From NCBI GenBank assembly GCA_902596665.1, contig CACJUN010000003.1, forward strand, positions 143,536 through 207,535: a stretch of 64,000 nucleotides of DNA. Reading direction: 5' to 3'. This document shows positions 10,494 through 22,734 of this stretch, in pieces. The notes below the pieces were generated by a model that had not been told where the DNA came from, searched no databases, and saw only the letters and a program-made list of their open reading frames with translations. Within the stretch, counting starts at the first letter, position 1; each line of letters opens with the position of its first letter. The stretch comes from an uncultured SAR86 cluster bacterium. GTDB lineage: Bacteria; Pseudomonadota; Gammaproteobacteria; Magnimaribacterales; AG-339-G14. The position numbers and the translations under genes are program-made.

Positions 10494-12376
10494 TCTCCTT
10501 TGCTTAAAGTAGCTAGATTTCCTTTATCCTCTAACCAAGTTTTTCTATCCGCTGCTCTTTTTTTAGAGAGCAACATATCCATCATAGATATTGATTTTGT
10601 AGGCTGATCTAGTGTTAATTTTACTAGTTTTCTTGAGTCTTTAATCATTGTAGTTTCTCTTAGCTGACCTGGATTCATTTCTCCTAAACCTTTAAATCTT
10701 TGCACTTCAATTTTCTTTGATTTATTTTTTTTGCCTAACTGTTTCACCAAATCATCTTTTTCTTCGTCATCAAGGGCATAAAAAACTTCTTTCCCTTGGT
10801 CAACTCGATACAGAGGAGGTTGCGCGACAAAAACTTTTCCAGCCTCAACAAGAGGTCTGAAATGTCTCAAAAATAAAGCACACAATAGTGTTGCTATATG
10901 CGCACCGTCAGAATCAGCATCGGCAAGAATACAAACTTTCCCATAACGAAGACCGTCTAAATCGCTGCATCCCGGCTCTAAACCAAGAGCAAGAGAGATA
11001 TCTTTTACCTCTTGAGACTGAGTAATGGAGCCTGTATCAACTTCCCAAGTATTTAATATCTTTCCTTTTAAAGACATTACAGCTTGAAAGTTCCTATCTC
11101 TAGCTTGCTTGGCTGATCCTCCTGCTGACTCTCCCTCAACTAAGAAAAGCTCAGTTTCATCATCATCTGTGGAAACACAATCTGTAAGTTTTCCAGGCAA
11201 AGTTGGTCCTTTTGTAATTTTCTTTCTTTCAACTTTTTTTACTTGCTTTGACCTTTCTTGAGCATTATCGATGCTTAGTAGAGCAATTTTTTCTGCCGCC
11301 TCTGTTTCTTGATTCAACCATAATGAAAAAGCATCTTTAATTATTGAAGTAGCAGTGGCTTGAAAATCTTTAGAAGATAACTTTTCTTTCGTTTGCCCAG
11401 TAAACTGAGGATCCTTTATCTTTGCGGATAAAATAAAAGAGCAATCTTTCATAACATCTTCCTGAGTCAATTTGATTCCTTTCGGAATTAAGTTTCTTAG
11501 TGAACAAAACTCTCTTATGGATTCTGTAACACCAGACCTCAATCCTGCTTCATGAGTTCCTCCTTCGATGGTAGGAATTAAATTGACATAACTTTCCGTA
11601 AGAATTTTATTTGACCAGGCTACAGCCCAACTAAGGCCTTGCTCTCCGTCAGAGAATTCTCCTTCTACTGGATCGTTAGGTAATAATTCTGAATCAAGAG
11701 ATTTTTTTAAATAATCTCCCAAGCCATCGACGAAACACCACGTTTCTTTTTCATTAGCAATCTTATCTGTGAAATTTATGGTCAAACCTGAACAAAGAAC
11801 AGCTTTTGCCTTCAGGGAATACTTTAAATTTTTTACTGATATTTTTGTGGTATCGAGAAATGCTTCATCAGGGTAAAAGGTAATCTTAGTACCGGTGTTC
11901 CTTTGGCCAACAGAATCAATTACTTTGAGTGGTTTAGAGATTTCACCGCCTTTGAATTGAATTTCATGTTTTTTTCCATCCCTTTTGATTTCAGCATTTA
12001 ATTTTTTAGACAATGCGTTAACAACTGAAACTCCAACACCATGAAGCCCTCCCGAGAAGGTGTAATCCTTATTGGTAAATTTTGCACCTGCATGCAACCT
12101 AGTGAAAATTAACTCAACGCCTGGAACCTTCTCTTCTGGATGTATATCTACTGGCATGCCCCTGCCATCATCTTCAACTGTAATAGATCCATCCTTCGAA
12201 AGAAGAACTGATATTTGTTTAGCATGTCCTGCAAGTGCCTCATCAACGCTGTTATCTACAACTTCTGCGATAAGGTGATTTGGATTGGAAGTATCTGTGT
12301 ACATTCCTGGTCTTTTTCTAACGGGCTCAAGACCAGAGAGTACCTCAATTGATTCGGATGTATACTCCTTTGCCAC
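10490..12376 (-). CDS. parE: DNA topoisomerase IV subunit B
   Basis: [46 protein letters not shown]; lacks the GyrB insert. Confidence 0.97.
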   Translation of the reverse strand: MAKEYTSESIEVLSGLEPVRKRPGMYTDTSNPNHLIAEVVDNSVDEALAGHAKQISVLLSKDGSITVEDDGRGMPVDIHPEEKVPGVELIFTRLHAGAKFTNKDYTFSGGLHGVGVSVVNALSKKLNAEIKRDGKKHEIQFKGGEISKPLKVIDSVGQRNTGTKITFYPDEAFLDTTKISVKNLKYSLKAKAVLCSGLTINFTDKIANEKETWCFVDGLGDYLKKSLDSELLPNDPVEGEFSDGEQGLSWAVAWSNKILTESYVNLIPTIEGGTHEAGLRSGVTESIREFCSLRNLIPKGIKLTQEDVMKDCSFILSAKIKDPQFTGQTKEKLSSKDFQATATSIIKDAFSLWLNQETEAAEKIALLSIDNAQERSKQVKKVERKKITKGPTLPGKLTDCVSTDDDETELFLVEGESAGGSAKQARDRNFQAVMSLKGKILNTWEVDTGSITQSQEVKDISLALGLEPGCSDLDGLRYGKVCILADADSDGAHIATLLCALFLRHFRPLVEAGKVFVAQPPLYRVDQGKEVFYALDDEEKDDLVKQLGKKNKSKKIEVQRFKGLGEMNPGQLRETTMIKDSRKLVKLTLDQPTKSISMMDMLLSKKRAADRKTWLEDKGNLATLSKGE

Positions 12377-12388
12377 TATTTCTTGTCT

Positions 12389-14155
<1,767 letters not shown>

Positions 14156-14232
14156 CTATATTTTATAGCATAATGCCTCTCAAAAAATTATTATGAAGAT
14201 AACTTTTAAAAAAATATCAAGATATTCTTAAA

Positions 14233-15546
14233 ATGAAAATTTTTATCTTTTCTTTTTTCTTACTATTTTTAACAGCACCAGCTTTTAGTAAAACTTTATC
14301 TGAAATATATGAAATTGCCTTGGAAGAAGATCCTCAATTAAAAATAGCAGAGGCAACATTTAGAGCTAACAAAGAAATTAAAGAACAAACATTAGCTGGC
14401 CTTCTACCATCAATTACTACAAGTGCATCAACTACCTGGAACAATAGCTTCATTGATAATAATAAAACAGATGAATATAACTCATTTGGCTATTCCTTGA
14501 GATTGAGTCAACCGATTATTAGAGTTGATAGATGGTTTCAGTTTGCCAGCGGTAAGGCCTTAACAGAAAGTGCCGCTGCTCAATTTCTTTTGTCTCAACA
14601 GCAAATGATTTTTAGAGTTGCGCAAGCTTATTTTGGTTTGTTAAAAGCTCAAAATAACTTGGAGACAGCGGTATCAGAAGAAAGAGCTCTAAAAAAACAA
14701 TTAGATAGAGCGAAAAGATTGTTTGAAGAAAACATATCCCCAATTACAGATTTTCAAGAAACCCAAGCTTTCTATGATTTATCAAGAGTTTCAAGGATTG
14801 CGTCCGAAGGTCAGTTAGAAGTTGCAAGAGAAATATTAATAGCCTTAGTCAACGAGGCGCCTGAGATATCTGATTTATTGGATTATCCATTCGGTAAAGT
14901 ATTAGTTGATGATCAAGATGAATGGGTAAGAATTGGTCTCGTAAATAGTAATGTTTTAAAAACTGCTAAGCTATCTGAAAGGGCTGCTCAAAACAACGCA
15001 AAGGCGAGCATTGGTGGTCATATCCCAAATATTGATCTAGTTGGAACTCTCAATAGTAGTACCTCTTATCAAGGAAGATTCGGCGGCTTTATTGAAAATC
15101 CTCTCTTGGGTTTAGAAACAGAATCAAATAATTATTCAATACAATTTAGCTGGCCGCTCGTTGCAGGAGGCATTGCTCATTCAAAAAGAAGAGAAGCATA
15201 TGCCAATTATGATAAGGCAAAAGAGCAGACCAAATTCACTACAAGAAGTGTTATTCAGGACATAAAATCAAAACACTCATCTCTCTTAACTGCGAAAGCT
15301 AATGTCCAAGCGCGAGAACAAGCTTTCAAATCAGCTGAATCAGCTTTAATTGCTACTGAGTACGGTTTTGAGGCAAATACGAGAAATATAATTGACCTTT
15401 TGAATGCTCAAAGAAATGTTTTTGCTGCTGAAAGAGATTACGCTTCTGCGAAATACGACTTTATCCTCTCTGATTTTGGTTTAAAACTTTCTGCAGGTAC
15501 TCTTTCACCACAGGATCTTTATAACCTAGATGAGTTTATGAATTAA
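14233..15546 (+). CDS. tolC: TolC-family outer membrane channel
   Basis: Signal peptide, repeated OEP halves, RNIIDLLNAQ; divergent from thiC as in pseudomonads. Confidence 0.85.
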   Translation: MKIFIFSFFLLFLTAPAFSKTLSEIYEIALEEDPQLKIAEATFRANKEIKEQTLAGLLPSITTSASTTWNNSFIDNNKTDEYNSFGYSLRLSQPIIRVDRWFQFASGKALTESAAAQFLLSQQQMIFRVAQAYFGLLKAQNNLETAVSEERALKKQLDRAKRLFEENISPITDFQETQAFYDLSRVSRIASEGQLEVAREILIALVNEAPEISDLLDYPFGKVLVDDQDEWVRIGLVNSNVLKTAKLSERAAQNNAKASIGGHIPNIDLVGTLNSSTSYQGRFGGFIENPLLGLETESNNYSIQFSWPLVAGGIAHSKRREAYANYDKAKEQTKFTTRSVIQDIKSKHSSLLTAKANVQAREQAFKSAESALIATEYGFEANTRNIIDLLNAQRNVFAAERDYASAKYDFILSDFGLKLSAGTLSPQDLYNLDEFMN

Positions 15547-15549
15547 TTC

Positions 15550-16362
15550 ATGCCTGAATTACCAGAAGTTGAAACTACTGTCAGAGCTCTCCAACCTAAA
15601 CTTGAAAAAAGTCGGATAAAGTCTTTTGAATTAAGAAATAAAAATCTTCGTTGGCCGGTTCCATTGAACTTATCAAAGATACTAATTTCTAAAAACGTTT
15701 CTTCTCTTTCAAGAAGAGCGAAATATTTGATTGTTGATTTAGGATCAGAGTATCTTTTAATTCATTTAGGCATGTCAGGAAGTCTAAGATACTTGTCCAA
15801 TAATATATCTCCAGAAAAACACGACCACTGGGATTTATGTTTTGAAAATGGAATGATACTCAGATACACAGATCCAAGACGATTTGGATCAATTCATTAC
15901 ACTAAAGATTTTAAAAATCATTTTCTTATCAGATCACTTGGACCAGAACCATTATCTGATTCTTTCAATGAAGCCTTCCTTTATGAAATATCTAGAGGAA
16001 GAAAAGTTCCAATAAAGGCTTTGATAATGAATTCAAGGATTGTAGTTGGTATCGGAAATATTTATGCATGCGAAGCCTTATTTGATTCGAATATAAGACC
16101 GACAAAAAAAGCCAATAGGATTACAAAAAATGAAGCCAAAGCTTTAGTTGCCTCAGTAAAGAAAGTTTTAAAAAAAGCAATTAAGGCTGGAGGTACAACT
16201 TTGAGAGATTATTTGAATCCTGACAGTGCTCCGGGATACTTTAAGATTGAATTAAAGGTATACGGGAGAGGAAACGAAGATTGTCTTAGGTGCGGAAAAA
16301 CTCTCAAAGAAATTAGAATGAGCAACAGAAGTACAGTCTTCTGCTCAAATTGTCAGCACTAA
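15550..16362 (+). CDS. mutM: Formamidopyrimidine-DNA glycosylase
   Basis: [25 protein letters not shown]-terminal C4 zinc finger. Confidence 0.97.
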   Translation: MPELPEVETTVRALQPKLEKSRIKSFELRNKNLRWPVPLNLSKILISKNVSSLSRRAKYLIVDLGSEYLLIHLGMSGSLRYLSNNISPEKHDHWDLCFENGMILRYTDPRRFGSIHYTKDFKNHFLIRSLGPEPLSDSFNEAFLYEISRGRKVPIKALIMNSRIVVGIGNIYACEALFDSNIRPTKKANRITKNEAKALVASVKKVLKKAIKAGGTTLRDYLNPDSAPGYFKIELKVYGRGNEDCLRCGKTLKEIRMSNRSTVFCSNCQH

Positions 16363-16838
16363 TTTTTGATCTTCTGATTAAGAGCATCTAAGGTCACTGG
16401 ATCGACAAACCTTGTTACATCTCCGCCCATCGTAGCAATTTCTTTTACTAAACTTGATGAGATATAAGAGTATTCTTCTTTAGGAGTAAGGAATACGCTC
16501 TCAATATCAGGACTCATTGCCCTATTCATGTTGGCTAATTGAAATTCGTATTCAAAGTCTGCCACTACCCTTAAACCTCTGATCAAAATATTTGCATCGT
16601 TATCTTTAGCAAAGTTGACTAATAATCCAGAAAAACCAACCACTTCAACCTTAGGATCGTCAGCAAATATTTTATTTCCTATCTCGATCCTTTCTTCAAG
16701 AGAAAACATAGGTTTCTTGGAATCGCTAGAAGCAATTGCGATTATTACTGAATCAAATAACTTGCTTGCCCTTCTAACTAAATCAACGTGGCCCATTGTC
16801 ATAGGATCAAAAGTACCTGGATAAACTGCTCTCTGCAT
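16359..16838 (-). CDS. coaD: Pantetheine-phosphate adenylyltransferase
   Basis: [29 protein letters not shown]. Confidence 0.97.
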   Translation of the reverse strand: MQRAVYPGTFDPMTMGHVDLVRRASKLFDSVIIAIASSDSKKPMFSLEERIEIGNKIFADDPKVEVVGFSGLLVNFAKDNDANILIRGLRVVADFEYEFQLANMNRAMSPDIESVFLTPKEEYSYISSSLVKEIATMGGDVTRFVDPVTLDALNQKIKN

Positions 16839-16883
16839 TTATGTATTATAAACGAAGAAAAAAATGAAAGATTAGGAAAATAA

Positions 16884-17300
16884 TTAAAAGGGCTTAAAAA
16901 TTACCAATATAAGAATTCCTATCAGAAGTACTGCCGGTGCTTCATTAATTATCCTAAAGAACAGCTCACTTCTTTTGTTTCGATTCATTTTGAAATTTTG
17001 TGCTGAAAGAATAAAAAATCCATACAAAAAGGTCATAAGTAACACCAAGAATATTTTAATTATGAGCCACTCTCCCATTCCTGAATAAGAAATCAGGAGA
17101 CCCCCTGATAGCCAGGTTGCGATAAAGGCAACGTGACCTATTCTTATCAAATTTGTTTCCATGACTTTAAAAACTGTTCCGACTTCTTCTTTATCAATAT
17201 GTTTTTGGTGATAGACAAACAATCTTGGCAGATAAAGTAGCACTACCATCCATGAAATTACTGAAAAGATATGAATAACTTTCAAAGTGAGATAAAACAT
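16884..17300 (-). CDS. hemJ: Protoporphyrinogen IX oxidase HemJ
   Basis: KVIHIFSVISW, YLPRLFVYH, RIINEAP, VIFKPF; start at 17300 gives a TGATG overlap with hemF. Confidence 0.9.
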   Translation of the reverse strand: MFYLTLKVIHIFSVISWMVVLLYLPRLFVYHQKHIDKEEVGTVFKVMETNLIRIGHVAFIATWLSGGLLISYSGMGEWLIIKIFLVLLMTFLYGFFILSAQNFKMNRNKRSELFFRIINEAPAVLLIGILILVIFKPF

Positions 17301-18118
17301 CAATCCCACTTTGCTGTTGGAGGCATAGACATCAGAATTGCTTCAGTCGAGCCACCAGTTTTTAATCCAAATAAAGTTCCCCTGTCCCAGATCAAATTAA
17401 ATTCAACGTATCTTCCTCTTTTTATAAGTTGTAAATTTTTCTCTTCTTCAGTCCAAGAAAGGTCTTTTTTATTTTCGACAATTTGTGTAATAACTTGATG
17501 AGTAGATTTGCCAACTTTTTTTATAAAATCAAAGTCTCTTTCCCAGTCATTTGAATTAATGTGATCAAAGAAAATCCCTCCAGCTCCTCTAGGTTCTGCT
17601 CTATGGCCCAAGTAAAAATATTCATCACAATTTTTTTTGTATTCCTCATAGGCATCCTTTTTATAGTCGCTACAAGCATCTTTCATATGATTATGGAATA
17701 GATCAACTGCCTCTTTATCGGACAGGGTTGGAGTTAAGTCTGCCCCACCTCCAAACCAAGATTCCCCTGTAACAAGAAATCTTGTATTAAAATGAAATGC
17801 AGGAATTTTTGGTGAATTCATGTGCGCAACTAGGCTTATTCCAGTTGCAAAATATTCTGGAGATTGTTCTGTGCCCTTTATTTGCCCTCTAAAATCTTCT
17901 TGAAACTTACCTGAGACAGTTGAAATGTTTACTCCAACTTTTTCAAATACCTCGCCTTTCATGATACTCATTTCGCCACCGCCTGAGTGTCTATGCGGCC
18001 ATGATTTTCTTTCAAAGCTATATTTATTACTCTCAATTAATTCAAAGGAAGAGCAAAAGGTATCTCTTAAGTCTCGAAACCAATTTGAAGCCAATTCTTT
18101 TTTGTCTTTGATTTCCAA
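17300..18118 (-). CDS. hemF: Oxygen-dependent coproporphyrinogen III oxidase
   Basis: FEKVGVN, WFGGGADLTP, CDEYF, RGAGGIFFD, RGRYVEFNL..DRGTLFGL; TTG start. Confidence 0.95.
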   Translation of the reverse strand: MEIKDKKELASNWFRDLRDTFCSSFELIESNKYSFERKSWPHRHSGGGEMSIMKGEVFEKVGVNISTVSGKFQEDFRGQIKGTEQSPEYFATGISLVAHMNSPKIPAFHFNTRFLVTGESWFGGGADLTPTLSDKEAVDLFHNHMKDACSDYKKDAYEEYKKNCDEYFYLGHRAEPRGAGGIFFDHINSNDWERDFDFIKKVGKSTHQVITQIVENKKDLSWTEEEKNLQLIKRGRYVEFNLIWDRGTLFGLKTGGSTEAILMSMPPTAKWD

Positions 18119-18120
18119 TT

Positions 18121-19113
18121 TTATTTACCAATTAAACTGATAAGGAATTCAATGTGATCATCATCGTCATTGAGGCAAGGGATGTAATGAAAATTTTCTC
18201 CACCAGCATCCTCAAAATATTCTTTATTCTCTATATCAATTTCCTGCAAAGTTTCTAAGTTGTCGACACCAAAACCTGGAGATACTACCTGAACTGATTT
18301 TATGCCTTCTTTGGGAAGAGATTTCATTGTTTCGCTCGTATAAGGTTTCAACCATTCAGATGGACCAAATCTAGACTGAAAAGCTGTGATGTAATCTTTC
18401 TCATCCAAAGAAAGTTTTTCTGCAATCAATCTAGATGTTTTTTGGCATAGGCAATGATAGGGATCTCCTGAATCAAAATATTTCTTCGGTATAGAGTGAT
18501 AAGAAAATACTAATTTGTCTGGTTTGCCTTGAGAGTCAAAACTTTTTTGGATTCTTTCAGACAAGATTTCAATCAACAATGGATTATCGTGATAGCTATT
18601 TAGAAATTTTACGCTTGGCACCCATCTCCATGATTTAATTTCTGTCGATACTGCATCAAAAATACTCCCAACAGTTGTAGCTGAGTAATGAGGGAAAAGA
18701 GTGATTACCTCAATATCTCTACAGTTTGCTTCTTTTAATTCATTGAGAGCGGTTTTAATGCTCGGGTTTCCATACCTCATCCCAAGCGCTACTTGATAAT
18801 TTGATGGTAGAGATTTTTGAACCTTTTCTTTTATCTTGATGCAATTGACTAATAAAGGCGATCCTCCCTCAGTCCAGATTGACTTGTATAACCTAGCTGA
18901 GTTGAACGATCTAAAATTTAAGATAAAAATGTTTAAAACAAACCACCAAATTATTTTTGGCACTTCTATTATTCTAGGATCAGATAGAAACTCTTTAAGG
19001 TACCTTCTTACGCTTAAAACATCTGGAGAGTCAGGTGTTCCTAAGTAAGCAATAAGCACTCCTTTTTTTTGCTCATTTTCATGCTGAAAATTTTGTTCTC
19101 CTTTAAATTTCAT
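18121..19113 (-). CDS. hemH: Ferrochelatase
   Basis: LGTP, YLKEFLSDPR, MRYGNP, FQSRFG..WLKP, DNLETLQEI, CLND. Confidence 0.95.
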   Translation of the reverse strand: MKFKGEQNFQHENEQKKGVLIAYLGTPDSPDVLSVRRYLKEFLSDPRIIEVPKIIWWFVLNIFILNFRSFNSARLYKSIWTEGGSPLLVNCIKIKEKVQKSLPSNYQVALGMRYGNPSIKTALNELKEANCRDIEVITLFPHYSATTVGSIFDAVSTEIKSWRWVPSVKFLNSYHDNPLLIEILSERIQKSFDSQGKPDKLVFSYHSIPKKYFDSGDPYHCLCQKTSRLIAEKLSLDEKDYITAFQSRFGPSEWLKPYTSETMKSLPKEGIKSVQVVSPGFGVDNLETLQEIDIENKEYFEDAGGENFHYIPCLNDDDDHIEFLISLIGK

Positions 19114-20132
19114 TTAAAAGCCTGCCTTATTTGACTGACAAAATGTTTTACATGTTTTTCAGGTGTGTCTTTATTTATTCCATGTCCTAAACCACAAACC
19201 CAACCGACCCTCTCGTCTTGGCTTAATGCAAGCATGTCTTCAATGAAATGATCTAACGCTTGATGAAACTCATTAGAATCAGCAAGAATTTTTAATTCAT
19301 CAAAGTTTCCTTGCACAAATCCATGATCAACCTTTTTTAATGTTTCATGCAATGAAGTTTGTGAATCTATGCCAATTCCTGCAAAAGAGTTTTGGTTATT
19401 ATTAGCATGGGAAATAATGCAATTGTAATCAACTTCTTCTTTCGCATAGTAGCCAACTTTTTGTTCGAAAGGTTTAATCATATTTTCTACTACCTTTTCT
19501 AAATATGATGAAAAATCATCATCAACTAATTGATGCGCTGAAGAATCAAAAATCATCACAGTTTCGGCCCCTGCTTCAATTTGCATTGAAATATTTTTTT
19601 GTAGAAAAGGAATAATAAACTCCTCCAGCATGAAATTTTTTTCTTTTGTAAGACTTATAGAATTGCTCCCTAATTTATTAGTCCCCATGCCAAAGGAGAG
19701 GACTGTCCAAGGGCCTCCCACAAAACCAATTAGTGATTTATCGTGACCTAGTTTTTCCTTGGTTAAGTGTAGGGCTTCCGATTGAAACTCCATAAATCTG
19801 AGATCTTTTTTATGTAGTAGCTTTTTAAAATTTTGCTCAGTGAGGATATCCTCAAATTTTGGCCCTGGATCAAATACTAAATTCATCCCCATTGCTTGTA
19901 ACGGCCACAGAATGTCGCTAAAAAGAATGGCAACATCAAAGTCAAAATCCTCAATTGGTCCTAAAGCAGTTTCTGCAGCTAACTCAGGCTTTTTACATAG
20001 CTCTTCAAAAGAATGTTTTTTGCGCAGAGACTGATAATGTTTATGGTATCTCCCTGCCTGTCGCATGAACCATATTGGAGGACAAGATTGAGGTTTCCTC
20101 GCTAAAGCATTTTCAAATTTATAATTGGGCAT
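19110..20132 (-). CDS. hemE: Uroporphyrinogen decarboxylase
   Basis: PIWFMRQAGRY, ILFSDIL, IGFVGGPWT, LGHGI. Confidence 0.95.
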   Translation of the reverse strand: MPNYKFENALARKPQSCPPIWFMRQAGRYHKHYQSLRKKHSFEELCKKPELAAETALGPIEDFDFDVAILFSDILWPLQAMGMNLVFDPGPKFEDILTEQNFKKLLHKKDLRFMEFQSEALHLTKEKLGHDKSLIGFVGGPWTVLSFGMGTNKLGSNSISLTKEKNFMLEEFIIPFLQKNISMQIEAGAETVMIFDSSAHQLVDDDFSSYLEKVVENMIKPFEQKVGYYAKEEVDYNCIISHANNNQNSFAGIGIDSQTSLHETLKKVDHGFVQGNFDELKILADSNEFHQALDHFIEDMLALSQDERVGWVCGLGHGINKDTPEKHVKHFVSQIRQAFK

Positions 20133-20135
20133 AAT

Positions 20136-21125
20136 TCAGCTCAATTTCTGTGCAACTTCTTCTGCAGCATAAGTCAGTATGCAGTCAGAACCTGCTCTTT
20201 TGAAAGAATGTAAAACTTCCATCAAAACTTCTTCCTGCAACCACCCTTTTTCAATTGCACCTTTCAACATTGAGTATTCACCTGATACTTGATAAGCAAA
20301 TGTTGGTACTTTGAATTTTTCTTTTACTGCACGTATTACATCCAAGTAAGGCATGCCAGGTTTTACCATTACGGCATCTGCTCCTTCATTAAGATCCATC
20401 TCAACTTCGTGTAGAGCTTCATTAATATTATGGGGCGACATTTGATAAGAATCTTTATTTCCTTTGCCTAAATTAGACGATGATTGAACAGCTTCTCTGA
20501 AAGGACCATAAAATTTTGAACTGTATTTTGCAGCGTAAGAAAGTATTACTGTGTTAAAAAAATTATTTAGCTCAAGCTCTTTTCTAATAGCACCAATTCT
20601 CCCATCCATCATGTCTGAAGGCGCTATTACATCTGCTCCCGCATCTGCTAGAACTAAGGCTTGCTTTTTTAATACTTCGACTGTTTTGTCATTATCTACG
20701 TAATCTTTTTTGTCCAATATCCCATCGTGGCCATGCACGGTATAGGGATCAAGGGCAACGTCTACAATAAGAACTAATTCTGGAATCTTTTTTTTAATCG
20801 ACTCGACAGTCCCGCATATTAGGTTTTTTCGATTAAATGCTTCGATGCCCTCTAAATCCTTTTTTTTAGAATCTATCACAGGGAAAAGAGCGACAGCTTT
20901 TATTCCCAGATCCATTAAGCTTTTGCAGTAATCAATCACACCTTCCTTTGAATATCTGTTTACGTTTGGCATCGATTCAATTGCTTCAGCTTTTTTAATC
21001 CCTTCCTTGACAAAAATAGGTTGTATTAAATCGTCGACTGTTAGGTTGGTTTCTGCAGTTATTTTTAGCAGTGACGGATTACTGCGCAACCTTCGCAATC
21101 TAGTATCTGGAAATTTTCTATTCAT
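20136..21125 (-). CDS. hemB: Porphobilinogen synthase
   Basis: RLRRLR, APSDMMDGR, FYGPFREA, MVKPGMPYLD, YQVSGEY. Confidence 0.97.
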   Translation of the reverse strand: MNRKFPDTRLRRLRSNPSLLKITAETNLTVDDLIQPIFVKEGIKKAEAIESMPNVNRYSKEGVIDYCKSLMDLGIKAVALFPVIDSKKKDLEGIEAFNRKNLICGTVESIKKKIPELVLIVDVALDPYTVHGHDGILDKKDYVDNDKTVEVLKKQALVLADAGADVIAPSDMMDGRIGAIRKELELNNFFNTVILSYAAKYSSKFYGPFREAVQSSSNLGKGNKDSYQMSPHNINEALHEVEMDLNEGADAVMVKPGMPYLDVIRAVKEKFKVPTFAYQVSGEYSMLKGAIEKGWLQEEVLMEVLHSFKRAGSDCILTYAAEEVAQKLS

Positions 21126-22614
21126 CTGTATTAGCAGTTATTTGATGTTTCCAATCTTCGTAATTTAGAAAAGGTACAACTTTTCCCGAAATTTGGCGGT
21201 CAATTATGTCATAGCTTGCCCCTAAACCGCATGCATGATTAGCTTCGATAATATTAGGATATAATTCAAGCGCATATTCAAAAGCACTTCCGCTCATCCA
21301 ATAAAAATATTCTTTATCCCTTATTTTTATTTCATCTGCTTTTGGTATCAGTTCGTATGAGATGAATTTTTCCATTGAACTTTTTTCTTGGTTTCTATCA
21401 TGCGTAAAATTCAACCAATCTAAATCATCAAATAAAGTACAAGGCGGTTCATTATTTTTTCCTAAACTGTCTGATGTGCCATTTATCCAGTAGCCTTTCG
21501 CTGCAAGTTTTTTCCAAGTTTCAACTCCACCTGTCCACAAAATATTTGATGCGTTAATTCTAATTCCATCCAACAAAGCATCTTGTCTGGAAATAAAAAT
21601 TCCTTTGTTCTCCATTGCTTCTATTTTTTTTATTGAGGTTTTAATAAATTTGCGCTTAAAAAAAACACTCTCTGCTTTATCTTCAGGAAAAATTGCATTT
21701 TTATTTACCTTTTGTTCAATATTTAGCTTTGGTATCCGATTAAATGTGCTTTCTTTTAATTCAACGCCTTCTTCTGTTAGACCGATGATGTTGATTATCT
21801 CGCCTACATTAATCTTTCTTATTGATACGCCTATTTTTTGATGACATCCTCCTCCATGCTGAGAAAGAACTTTTCTCTCTCTAGATACTGCTTCAAAAGT
21901 ACTTTCATCGTTGATAGAAGCTGCAATAGAATTTGCAAAATCATTGTTTTCTGCAACTTCAATAGCAAGAGCACCCTGACCTGGAGCACAAGGATTAATT
22001 GAATTTGGTAGTATCATCCAAGAAAATGAATCAGAATTCTTTTTATAAAGCTCGACAAAATCCTCATCCCTAGCAAGCCTGTCAATAGCTGCTTTGGCAA
22101 TAACTACTCCGTCCAATGAATCGTTCAAAAATTTAGAAAGTCTAGTTTGAATATTTCCTCTGATTGGATGAAATTCAATCTTAGAGGTTTTCCACGGCAA
22201 TAAATCAGGCAATGATATTGAAAGGTTTCTCTCTCTTCTTGGAGAGGAAGAATAGATCTTTAAAGATTTTTTTTTAATTGAGTCCTTTTTAAAAAAAAGA
22301 ATATCCCTACTGTCAGATCTAGCAAGTGTTGAGACAATATCAGTGCCTTTTGGCATTTCGATTGGCAAGTCTTTCCATGAGTGAACGACCATGTCGGCCT
22401 CATCATTTAAAAGAGCATCTCTTAAATCTGATGTAAAGACTCCTTGTTCAGGCATTTTGCTTAAAGGAGTTGATAAATCTATGTCGCCCTTGGTTTCTCT
22501 ATATGAATGAGTGACATTGATGTTAGGAAATTTTTTTTTGATCTCATCTGCAACCAGATGAGCTTGTATTTTAGCCAGACTGCTATTTCTTGAAAGTATT
22601 CTAATAGTATTCAA
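21118..22614 (-). CDS. hemC: Hydroxymethylbilane synthase with ~200-aa C-terminal extension (putative HemC-HemD bifunctional)
   Basis: SR.S.LA.IQ, HSWKDLP, SSPRR, IRGNIQTRL, APGQGALAIE, cofactor Cys in GGGCHQ; TTG start. Confidence 0.9.
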   Translation of the reverse strand: MNTIRILSRNSSLAKIQAHLVADEIKKKFPNINVTHSYRETKGDIDLSTPLSKMPEQGVFTSDLRDALLNDEADMVVHSWKDLPIEMPKGTDIVSTLARSDSRDILFFKKDSIKKKSLKIYSSSPRRERNLSISLPDLLPWKTSKIEFHPIRGNIQTRLSKFLNDSLDGVVIAKAAIDRLARDEDFVELYKKNSDSFSWMILPNSINPCAPGQGALAIEVAENNDFANSIAASINDESTFEAVSRERKVLSQHGGGCHQKIGVSIRKINVGEIINIIGLTEEGVELKESTFNRIPKLNIEQKVNKNAIFPEDKAESVFFKRKFIKTSIKKIEAMENKGIFISRQDALLDGIRINASNILWTGGVETWKKLAAKGYWINGTSDSLGKNNEPPCTLFDDLDWLNFTHDRNQEKSSMEKFISYELIPKADEIKIRDKEYFYWMSGSAFEYALELYPNIIEANHACGLGASYDIIDRQISGKVVPFLNYEDWKHQITANTDE

Positions 22615-22675
22615 TATAACTGTTTGTTCTTAACAAAAACACAATGATACCCGAATGTTGGAAGAAGTTCTGATG

Positions 22676-22730
22676 TGTTATAGTTCTCACCAATTCGTCT
22701 TATAAAGCAAGCTGAATTAAATGGTAGGTA
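22676..22730 (+). promoter_or_regulatory. Putative extended -10 promoter (TGtTATAGT, 22676-22684) and SD region (ATGGTAGGTA, 22721-22730) of the ALAS gene
   Basis: Direct motif match; predicts a ~45-nt leader. Confidence 0.55.
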
Positions 22731-22734
22731 GTAA

